Positions 55,032 to 64,000 of a stretch of 64,000 nt of DNA are shown here, one piece after another (within the stretch, counting starts at the first letter, position 1; every line of letters begins with the position of its first letter). The DNA comes from Verrucomicrobiota bacterium. GTDB taxonomy: Bacteria > Verrucomicrobiota > Verrucomicrobiia > Limisphaerales > J093. The notes under the pieces are model-generated. The model searched no databases, was not told the DNA's origin, and saw nothing but the letters and a program-made list of their open reading frames with translations. The position numbers and the translations under genes are program-made. The stretch lies in assembly GCA_027493615.1 (NCBI GenBank), contig JAOSKK010000038.1:1005562-1069561 (forward strand). The letters run 5' to 3'.

Positions 55032-55782
55032 TAGACTACACTCGGCATTGTGTCTATAATCGCGGTCGTGGCAAAGATTGATGGACGCACACTAGATCAC
55101 AAGGCTCTGGAACACATGAGGATACTCGCTGTCAGGCGAGTCGTGGAAGACGGGGAGGACCCCAGTGATGTCATGCGATCTTTTGGATTATGCCGGACCA
55201 CGATTTACCCCTGGTTGCGAAAGTTTAACGATGAAGGGTGGGACGCGCTGGTCGAGAAGATCGCTCAGGGCCCCGAGCCGAAGCTCAACGAGAAGCAACG
55301 CCAGCGAGTGAAGCGGTGGATCCTGGGCAAAGACCCAAGACAGTATGGCTTTGAGTTTGGGCTATGGACACGGCGAATCGTGCAGACACTTATTCAGGAG
55401 AAAATGGGGATCGAGTTGGGCTTGACGGCAGTGGGGAGGCTGTTGGCGAGCCTGGAGATCACCCCCAGAAGCCTCTGCGCCGTGCCTACGAGCGAGATCC
55501 GCAAGCGGTGGATGTGTGGATGAAGGAAACCTATCCCAAGCTGCGGAAGCGGGCCAAACGAGCGGGCGCGATGATCTTCTTCCTCGACGAGGCGGGCTTT
55601 CAATCGGATCCGCCGCTGGGTCGCACCTATGGGTTAAAGGGGACCACGCCGGTCGTCGTGACCTCTGGACAGCGGCAGAGTATCAATGTGATCAGCGCGG
55701 TCAACGCATGCGGGGCGTTTTGGGCCGCGACGTACACCGGCAAGTTGAACGCGGAGTCCTTTGTGGCGTTCCTCAAGAATTT
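55032..55782 (+). mobile_element. IS630-family element, truncated by ISL3
   Basis: HTH, LWTR winged HTH, TPQKP...YERD, FFLDEAGF; frame cut at FLKN; begins at a TA. Confidence 0.85.
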
Positions 55783-57255
55783 GGTTCTTCCGGGAATCCC
55801 GGGGGAAAAGTCATTGGGCAGGCGCGGGCCGCAGCCGTCGGGGTAGGGACGCGTTGGAGGTACTGTGGGCCCGGCACCCCGACGGCTGCCCCAGCGGCCC
55901 GCGCCGGAAAGGCCCCCACCTCCTTGGTGCCGTTGGGTGACGTTTCTTCTCGGGTTTCCCCAGGGCGTGACGACCCGGCTTCGCCTGCTACGCTGCCCCG
56001 ATGCACGATCATGAGTTGTATCAGCAGATCCTGGGATTGACGGCCCCCTGGAAGGTCCAAGCCGTGCGCCTGGAGTTGGCCCCGCGCCGCATCGAGGTCC
56101 AGGTCCAATGCACCGAGTCGACCTGGGCCTGCCCCCAGTGTCAGTGCCGCATGCATCCAAGACTGGGACCAGCGCCGGTGGCGCCACCTGGACAGTTGCG
56201 AGTTCCAGACCCTGATTGTGGCGAAGGTCCCCGGGTTCGCTGTCGGGCACGGCACCCTCACCGTGCAGGTCCCCTGGGCCGAGCCCTACGGACGTTTCAC
56301 CAAGCGCTTTGAGCGGCTGGCGATCGACCTCTTGCAGGAGTGTTCGATCCGTGCGGTCTGTGAGGGCTGCGGATCCAGTTGGGACGAGGCCGATGGGATC
56401 AAGCAACGGGCCGTGGCGCGGGGTTGCTTCGCAAGCAGACCCAGCCGGTGCGGCGCTTGGGGGTGGACGAAAAGAGTGCGGGCCGGGGACAGAACTACGT
56501 CACCGTGGTGGCGAACTTGGAGCCCGGGCGTTCGGCCACGGTGGAATACGTGGGCGACGGACGCACCCAAGAGACGCTGGAAGCCTATTGGCAGGGGCGT
56601 TCCCCGGAACATCGGGCGGCGGTGGAGGCGGTGGCGATGGACCTGTGGGCGCCGTACTTCCAAGCGACGGTGCAACACGTGCCCGAGGCGGCCCGTAAGA
56701 TCGTCCACGACCCCTATCACTTGAGCCAGATGTTGGGGCGGGCGGTGGACCGGGTGCGTCGGGCCGAGCACCGGGCGTTGAGCGCGGCGGGCGACGAGCG
56801 TCTGGCGGGGACCAAGTACGTGTGGCTTTATGGCTGGGAAAACCTCCCCCGGCCCACCAGGAGCGCTTCGATCAGTTGCGCGGGCAGAAACTCAAGACCA
56901 GTCGCGCCTGGGCGATCAAGGAAATGTTCCGCGACTTCTGGGCCAGCCAGAGCGTCGAGGAAGGGAAGGAGTTCTTCCACTCGTGGTACAGTTGGGCGAT
57001 CCGCTCGCGCTTGGGCCCCATCAAGGAGGTGGCCCGGAGCTTCAAGAAGCACTTGGACAATATCGTGACCTACTTCACCCATCGGATCAGCAACGCGGCC
57101 TTGGAAGGGTTGAACAACCGCATCGCCGGCCTGGTCAAGAAAGCCTTCGGCTATCGGAGCCGGGAACGGTTCAAAACAGACATCCTCTTCCATCTGGGAG
57201 GCCTCGACCTCTATCCGCGGTAATGCAAAATCCCCCGCAGATCCCGGAAGAGGCC
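55783..57255 (+). mobile_element. ISL3-family element (transposase 56001-57223, several frameshifts)
   Basis: Ends GGTTCTTCCGGGA / TCCCGGAAGAGGCC; LYQQILGL, WRHLD, LGVDEKS, AMDLW, HDPYH, SNAALEGLNNRI, AFGYR. Confidence 0.9.
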
Positions 57256-57256
57256 G

Positions 57257-59725
57257 AAAGACTACCCCGACGCTGCGACCGGCAATCCCCCGGGTACGGA
57301 AGGAACCGGCGGTCCGGTGTACACCTACACGGCCGCAGGCCGGCTCCAGACCCGGGTGTGGAAGCGCGGGGTGACCACCACCTACGCCTACAACAATGCC
57401 GGTGACCTCCAGTCGGTCACCTACACCGGCGGGAGCGTCAGCACGCCATCAACGAGTTACACCTACGACCGGCGCGGGCGTCGTAAGACCGCGGTGCGCA
57501 ACAGCATCACCACCACCTGGACCTACAACGACGCCGACCAGCCCTTGACCGAGAGCCACTCCGGCGGGACTATGTCAAGCTTGGCCATGAACTGGTCCTA
57601 CGACAACGCCCTGCGCCGGGACGTGCTGACGGCCAAGTACGGCACCAACATTCTGCAGGCGGCCGACTACGATTACGACACGGCCGGAAGGCTTGGGAAG
57701 GTCAAGGACGGGAGCCAGGAGGCGGTGTACGGCTACCACCCCAACTCGAGCCTGATCGCGACTGTGGCGTTGACCAACGGGCCGGGCACCGGGGCCGGTC
57801 TGGGCGTGAGCCGAGCCTACGACCGGCTCAACCGGCTCCAGAGCATCAGTTCCCGGGCGTACGGGGTGGCGGCGACGAACCTGCCGGTGAGCGTTGGCTA
57901 CCAGTACAACGCGGCGAACCAACGCACCCGGGCGACGCTGGGGGATGGCACTTACTGGGTGTACCAGTACGACGCGCTGGGCCAGGTGGTGGCGGGCCGG
58001 CGGTACTGGGCGGACGGGACGGAGGTGGCAGGGCAGCAGTTCGAGTACCGGTTTGACGACATCGGCAACCGGGACACGACCGGGGGGCCGGGCCTCGGCG
58101 GTGAGCGATTACACGGCCAACCGGTTGAATCAGTACAACACCCGGACGGTGCCGCCGTCCGTGGATGTCCAGGGGTTGGCGAATCCGACGGCCAACGTGA
58201 CGGTCAACGGGAACGTGGCCACACGGCAGGGCGAGTACTTCCACCACGCCCTGAGCGTGCCCAACGCGACGGCGCAGTACCCGACGATCACGGTGACCAG
58301 CCAGTATGGCGGGCAGCAGAGCCAGTCGGGTGAGGTGTTTGTGCCGGCGGTGACGGAGAGCTTCGGGTACGATGCGGACGGGAACCTGACCAGTGACGGG
58401 CGCTGGACGTACTTGTGGGACGGGGAGAACCGGCTGGTGGAAATGAAGCGGGACACCTCGACACCGACGCTGAGCTCGCGGCTGCGGCTGCTGTTTGAGT
58501 ACGACGCGCAGGGGCGGCGGATTCGGAAGTACTTCTACACGCACAGCGGCAGCAGTTGGGTGGAGCAGCGGGACACCATTTGCCTCTACGACGGGTGGAA
58601 CGTGGTGGCGGAGGTAGACGCCAACGCGAGCAAGGCGCGGCTGCGGACGTACGTGTGGGGGAGCGACCTGTCGGGAAGCTTGGAGGGGCCGGGGGCGTGG
58701 GCGGGTTGCTCTGGGTGAACAACTACCAGGCGACTTATGACGGCCAGACGCTGCCGACGGGGGTGCACTTCGTGGCCTACGACGGTAACGGCAACGTGCT
58801 GGCCTTGACCCGGGCCAGCGACGGGTCGGTGAGTGCGCGCTACGAGTACGGCCCGTTTGGGGAGCCGGTGCGGGTGACTGGTGCTCTGGCCGCGGCCCAA
58901 CCGTTCCGGTTCTCGACCAAGTGGACGGATGCCGAGACCGGGCTGCTCTACTACGGGTACCGGTACTACAACCCGACGACGGGGAGGTGGCTAAGCAAAG
59001 ATCCGATGGAAGAGGAAGGTGGGGCGAACCTCTACGCAGCGTTCTTGAATAGCCCATATGCGTTCTTCGATCCCCACGGGCTCAAGAACGTGCAATGCGA
59101 CGAATGCGGGCCCGACATCTCGGCCGCATTCGATGCAACCCTCTCGAGGATTGAGGCATACTTCAATAATCCGAAGGCGGGTGTTGACAAACTCAAGACA
59201 TGTACAACACTGACGACACTTCGCCTGAGGAGCACCCAGGACTATCAGTGGGGCGCCGACAACTGCTGGATGATCCCCAAAGTAGCCCAGGTTGGTTGGG
59301 AGGGTAGTAGTTGGTCATTAGCGCCAGGACGGCGAGGCACTGGCGCTTGCTGGGGAACAGTGCAATACAGGGGACGTTGTTATGAGGCCAGGGAGGTTCA
59401 CTACAAGATGTATGGGCGTCTTTGGCGATTGTGTTCAGCTGTTGACCCATTGCGATGGACTAGGGCGTGGATGCAGCTATATGTGGCGGGTTGGAAGGCA
59501 GGACATCTGGAGCCGCAACATATGCCCGGAGCGCTCGCATTTGCCAATGCGGGATTTGACAAGGCATCTAGCCCGAGCGCGCTTGATGCCCACGTGAAAC
59601 GATATTGCAGGCGGAGTATCGACAACATAGTTACGGACTCGTTCTTCCACTACCACTGGGCACCACATCATGTGCACCCGGACGTACAAGCCGGGCCCCC
59701 TGCTTGGCCCCGGTTTCCATTTTAG
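57257..59725 (+). CDS. Rhs/YD-repeat toxin, 5-prime truncated at ISL3, with unique C-terminal domain CT1 (59084-59725); frameshifts near 58085 and 58695
   Basis: YD repeats, YGPFGE, RFSTKWTDAETGLLYYGYRYYNP..GRWLSKDP, cleavage motif DPHGL. Confidence 0.88.
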
Positions 59726-59726
59726 A

Positions 59727-60365
59727 ATGAGTGTAGTGGAGCTAAAGCGCGAGGCTTTGATTGGTGCGTCGGTGCTCGTGGCACTCCTCGTGATAGGTTG
59801 TTCCCCGGCCGGTCGAGACGTGACTACGACCAGGGTTCCATCGCGGGACAGCAAAGCAGATGGTCGAGAACGCGGCATGTTGGGTTCAGAGGAACCCCAG
59901 CCGTCGGAGCGGTTGGGTTGGATTGAGCTTGCAAAGGCGAACTTTAACGCAGGTCAGGTAGTCGCTTGGGCTAGGTCCATTATTGCAGCCTACCCGGTTG
60001 AGCAGATGATCGTCGAGTCTCAGCATTGGCCGGAATGGTTGCGTCATCCCCAAGGCGGATTGACTCCCCCGGCTCAGGTATTTCGACTGCAGAACCCGAA
60101 TGACGGTCGGGACTACGTAATGCTGGACTACGGTACGAACGTGCATCAGTTCGGGATCGTTGTCACTGATACGAACGTGTTCCCGTGGCCCCCATGCAAC
60201 CACCACTGTGATACGGTGGGAGGAGGGTGCCTATTTCTTTTTCGCGGAAGCAGAAACCGGGCCGAGGCAGTTCATGAAGCCCGAGGACGATGGTCGCAGA
60301 GGCTCCAGTCGTTGACTGGATGGAATGGAGTCGAATCACGGCCGTCACATAAGATGAACGACTGA
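59727..60365 (+). CDS. Putative immunity lipoprotein for CT1
   Basis: Starts 1 bp after the toxin stop; hydrophobic leader with VIGC lipobox; lower GC. Confidence 0.6.
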   Translation: MSVVELKREALIGASVLVALLVIGCSPAGRDVTTTRVPSRDSKADGRERGMLGSEEPQPSERLGWIELAKANFNAGQVVAWARSIIAAYPVEQMIVESQHWPEWLRHPQGGLTPPAQVFRLQNPNDGRDYVMLDYGTNVHQFGIVVTDTNVFPWPPCNHHCDTVGGGCLFLFRGSRNRAEAVHEARGRWSQRLQSLTGWNGVESRPSHKMND

Positions 60366-60440
60366 GCGACCCACGTGTCAACTACAGTGGCGGTAGCGCA
60401 AGCACGCCCGTGAGTTACACCTGCGACCGGCTCAACCGGT

Positions 60441-62129
60441 AACCTGCCGGTGTGGGTGTTGGCTACCAGTACAGCGCGGCGAACCAACGCACCCGGGCGA
60501 CGCTGGGGGATGGCACTTACTGGGTGTACCAGTACGACGCGCTGGGCCAGGTGGTGGCGGGCCGGCGGTACTGGGCGGACGGGACGGAGGTGGCAGGGCA
60601 GCAGTTCGAGTACCGGTTTGACGACATCGGCAACCGGGACACGACCGGGGGCCGGGCCTCGGCGGTGAGCGATTACACGGCCAACCGGTTGAATCAGTAC
60701 AACACCCGGACGGTGCCGCCGTCCGTGGATGTCCAGGGGTTGGCGAATCCGACGGCCAACGTGACGGTCAACGGGAACGTGGCCACACGGCAGGGCGAGT
60801 ACTTCCACCACGCCCTGAGCGTGCCCAACGCGACGGCGCAGTACCCGACGATCACGGTGACCAGCCAGTATGGCGGGCAGCAGAGCCAGTCGGGTGAGGT
60901 GTTTGTGCCGGCGGTGACGGAGAGCTTCGGGTACGATGCGGACGGGAACCTGACCAGTGACGGGCGCTGGACGTACTTGTGGGACGGGGAGAACCGGCTG
61001 GTGGAAATGAAGCGGGACACCTCGACACCGACGCTGAGCTCGCGGCTGCGGCTGCTGTTTGAGTACGACGCGCAGGGGCGGCGGATTCGGAAGTACTTCT
61101 ACACGCACAGCGGCAGCAGTTGGGTGGAGCAGCGGGACACCATTTGCCTCTACGACGGGTGGAACGTGGTGGCGGAGGTAGACGCCAACGCGAGCAAAAG
61201 GCGCGGCTGCGGACGTACGTGTGGGGAGCGACCTGTCGGGAAGCTTGAGGGGCCGGGGGCGTGGGCGGGTTGCTCTGGGTGAACAACTACCAGGCGACTT
61301 ATGACGGCCAGACGCTGCCGACGGGGGTGCACTTCGTGGCCTACGACGGTAACGGAAACGTGTTGGTCTTGACCCGGGCCAGCGACCCCTCGGTGAGCGC
61401 GCGCTACGAGTACGGCCCGTTTGGGGAGCCGGTGCGGGTGACCGGCGCCCTGGCTGCGGCCCAGCCCTTCCGGTTCTCGACCAAGTGGACGGATGCCGAG
61501 ACCGGCCTGCTCTACTACGGGTACCGGTACTACAACCCGACGACGGGGAGGTGGGTGAGTAGGGATCCTATCGGGGAACAGGGCGGTTTCAATCTGTCGG
61601 CCTTCGTCCGGGGGATCCAGTGTCCCGACTTGATCACCTAGGCTTGTGGTATCCTGGTTACCCGGGAACTCCACGCCCACCACTACCAGCTGAGGTACCA
61701 CATTTAGAGATCGAGGAGGAGGGCAGAACCGAGGCAGTAAGGAACCAAGATACGGTTCGTGCGGCTGTCGCGGTTCTGTTGCACAATATGCTCGTAACCA
61801 GGAGCACCACTTGCACTCGAGGTAGATCAAGGGAGACAAAGACGTTTGAGCTTGCAAGAACAACATCCTATGCCTCCATGTATTTCACGGGGTACTTCCT
61901 CTTGGGGCAGGTCTCGGTGCATCTCCAGGGCTCTGGCTTTTACAGGGTGGACTGCTGTACAGGGAAGTTCGAAGAATGGTTGATCGCGGTGACTGGTTCA
62001 TTCCGAGACAGGTTTGACGAGCTGATTCCTATTGAATGGATTCCTGTTGCAGGTTTGCCCAAGGGCATCTTTGCGTTACCAATTACATTTGTTGGAGAAT
62101 GGGTAGAGTATCATTCAGGACGAGAATGA
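60441..62129 (+). CDS. Orphan Rhs module: duplicated core plus distinct CT2; frameshifts
   Basis: 60441-61554 is near-identical to 57878-58990; then DHLGL and an unrelated tail. Confidence 0.85.
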
Positions 62130-62530
62130 ATAGAGTATATCGCGGTATAATACTCTGTCTAGCGGTGGTTCTTGTGTATGGGGTACTTCATCGCATACTC
62201 CGCGCAAGGGAAGAGGAGCGGTTTCAGATTGAGCGGAGCCGATGTCAGTTGGTACTAGTAGAGGTCTGGCAGCGAAGTTCCGTGAATGCGACACTAGTGG
62301 CACCCCAACATGAGCATCGCTATTATTCTGTGGACTGGGTGGAGTCGGCTAACAGCGCGGTGGGAGTGCTAAAGCGTCCTTTGGTGTATGACAAGTGTCT
62401 AAGCAACCACGGCGGGCGGGGGATTAATATCCTCATGGCCGACGGAACGGTTATGTGGGATCAGAATGCCTCGTGGCTCAAGACGTTTGCTATGGACAAT
62501 CACGCCGTCCGCCTGCACCTGCCTGAGTAA
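62126..62530 (+). CDS. Putative immunity protein for CT2 with N-terminal TM and H-X10-DG C-terminal motif
   Basis: ATGA overlap with CT2; NHGGRGINILMADGTV. Confidence 0.65.
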   Translation: MNRVYRGIILCLAVVLVYGVLHRILRAREEERFQIERSRCQLVLVEVWQRSSVNATLVAPQHEHRYYSVDWVESANSAVGVLKRPLVYDKCLSNHGGRGINILMADGTVMWDQNASWLKTFAMDNHAVRLHLPE

Positions 62531-62622
62531 GCACGGTCTACGAACACGGGTGGTGCCAGGAAAGTCGAAGACTGTGCGCGCTGGTTTTATGGCAGGCCAA
62601 AGGAATGCAAAGTAAAGGAGCA

Positions 62623-63030
62623 ATGAGACTCGCGTTTACCTTACTCATTGTCGTGACCCTCGTTGGGTGCGAGAGACCCGGCGAAGATCACGGTGTCACT
62701 GATGATGTTCGTGCAAAGAACACATTGAAGGCAGCTTTGCTTGAACTCCGCCTCGTTGCCCATGACAACAAAGACCGACTGAATTCGATCTCGAACCTGA
62801 TAACGCTAATGGAGCAACGCGATCACATGTCCCCGTTGCTAACATACGGACGCAGCAACATTTTCCTCAATCCTGAAACGTCAATTTGGATGGGATCGTC
62901 GTTAAGCGACCGAAACGAGGCGTCGGAATGTGCCATCGTTATTAGGCGGAACACCAACGACTATGTATGCGTAACCTTCGATGGCCGCGTCGTGAAGGAG
63001 AACCGGCGTCCCGCCCAATGGTGTGAATGA
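62623..63030 (+). CDS. Lipoprotein, putative orphan immunity protein
   Basis: AAGGAG RBS; MRLAFTLLIVVTLVGC lipobox. Confidence 0.65.
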   Translation: MRLAFTLLIVVTLVGCERPGEDHGVTDDVRAKNTLKAALLELRLVAHDNKDRLNSISNLITLMEQRDHMSPLLTYGRSNIFLNPETSIWMGSSLSDRNEASECAIVIRRNTNDYVCVTFDGRVVKENRRPAQWCE

Positions 63031-63059
63031 TCGTGCACCGCTCAGGCCGCGGCGTGGAA

Positions 63060-63240
63060 GTGGGCCACCCGCGCGACGCTGGGGGACGGCACCTAGTGGG
63101 CGTACCTGTACGACGCGCTGGGGCAGGTGGTGCCTGGGGCAGCAGTGCGAGTACCTGTCTGACGACCTCGACAACCGCAAGCAGAGCGGCGACCGGTCTT
63201 CGGCAGTGAGCAGCCACACCTGCAACGTGGTCAAGCAGAT
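63060..63240 (+). pseudogene. Degenerate third Rhs core fragment
   Basis: ACGCTGGGGGACGGCACC...TACGACGCGCTGGGGCAGGTGGTG, homologous to the start of the duplicated core, with a stop and deletions. Confidence 0.75.
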
Positions 63241-63325
63241 CATATCGCGGGGCGTGGCCGGGATGGTGCTATTCTGACCGAGACGCAGAGCGACTGAGCG
63301 GAAGCCACGCCGCCGACGGCGCCGG

Positions 63326-63706
63326 CTACCTTTTGGGGTGCTGGAGGAAAAAACACTGATTCGTCCACTCCGCGTCTCCTAGGAGCCTCCACAACGCGCA
63401 GAGCGACCGGGCTAGGCCGCCGACGTCATTCTGAGGGATGCTCTTGTCATCGACGAAGATGAGCCCACCGTGGTCGATGCCTTGTTCACCCCAGGCGCGC
63501 AGCAGCGGCGGAATGGTCCGCAAATCGAAGGAAACGAGGGTCAAGCCTTGGCGGGCCGTCTCGCGCAGGATCTCCTCGTCGGGTGCGCCGGCGAAATGGC
63601 CCTCCAGCCACTCAAACACCGTCGTGATCCGGATGCCGCGGCAGAGCTTCCGGGCAGCCACGGCCACCTGGGGCGAGATCTGTTCATCCGTAAGGATCTG
63701 GAGCAT
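63326..63706 (-). CDS. DUF5615 PIN-like toxin
   Basis: ILTDEQIS, APDEEIL, LVSFD, HGGLI. Confidence 0.8.
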   Translation of the reverse strand: MLQILTDEQISPQVAVAARKLCRGIRITTVFEWLEGHFAGAPDEEILRETARQGLTLVSFDLRTIPPLLRAWGEQGIDHGGLIFVDDKSIPQNDVGGLARSLCALWRLLGDAEWTNQCFFLQHPKR

Positions 63707-63709
63707 CGG

Positions 63710-64000
63710 TTATTTCTGGAAATCCTCGAAGCGCTGGATCCCGGGAAGCAACCGCGAGAGCTTTTCGAAATCGAAGGAGCTGTTGTCCTGGAGGGCTTCT
63801 TCAATCTCATCCGGGAAGGCCTTGGCGTAGGCCACCGCGGCGTGCATCTTGGCCTCGGGCCACTGGAGATGGGCGGCCGCCTTGCTGGGCACGTCGCCCT
63901 CGAAGGATCGGAGCACCGCGATGGCTTGCCAGACGGCCAGGCGTGTCCCTTGGATGTAGGCCTGCCGGCCGGCGCCCGAGTTGCGAAATTCGATGAACGC
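63710..64000 (-). CDS. DUF433-like antitoxin, starts beyond the window
   Basis: GRQAYIQGTRLAVWQ...AAVAYAKAFPDEIE; 3 bp upstream of the PIN gene. Confidence 0.75.
   Translation of the reverse strand, partial: AFIEFRNSGAGRQAYIQGTRLAVWQAIAVLRSFEGDVPSKAAAHLQWPEAKMHAAVAYAKAFPDEIEEALQDNSSFDFEKLSRLLPGIQRFEDFQK

Noticed and set aside
55455-55480. Programmed frameshift in the IS630 transposase
   Set aside because: The break is in a C run at TPQKP and cannot be distinguished from the window-wide homopolymer errors.

Overview
High-GC bacterial chromosomal window. The gene content (DUF11 and delta-60 secreted proteins, a Tat Gfo/Idh/MocA protein, a long tandem NDK, an H-X-DG motif, GTAG REP-like palindromes) points to a Verrucomicrobiota/PVC lineage; this is an inference. 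Many conserved genes are split by 1-bp indels, mostly in G/C homopolymers, which looks like long-read consensus error, so I joined them. 1-31.9 kb is mostly housekeeping and metabolic: E2/E3 of a 2-oxo-acid dehydrogenase, ROK, GH27, gap, rpsU, a CCA-type nucleotidyltransferase, holA, holB, ndk, rhamnulokinase, an MFS pair and ABC export parts. 32-38.7 kb is an accessory patch: an ABC-type ATPase + PIN nuclease + RNA ligase trio, an HNH pair, and a mosaic of duplicated or fragmented genes including nuoH and icd pieces. 38.8-50.9 kb holds a MarR-lplT-lplT-lnt-aas operon with heptamer-repeat insertions, then lhgO, dnaA and glnB. 51.1-64 kb is a second accessory region: an integron cassette array with five non-canonical attC sites and no integrase in the window, IS630/ISL3, an Rhs toxin-immunity array, and a PIN toxin-antitoxin pair. 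The best candidates for undescribed biology are the ATPase-PIN-RNA ligase module, the GTTC-core attC array, and a putative FYR-tail cargo plus cognate beta-barrel export pair. All family assignments are by motif recognition; no database search was run.
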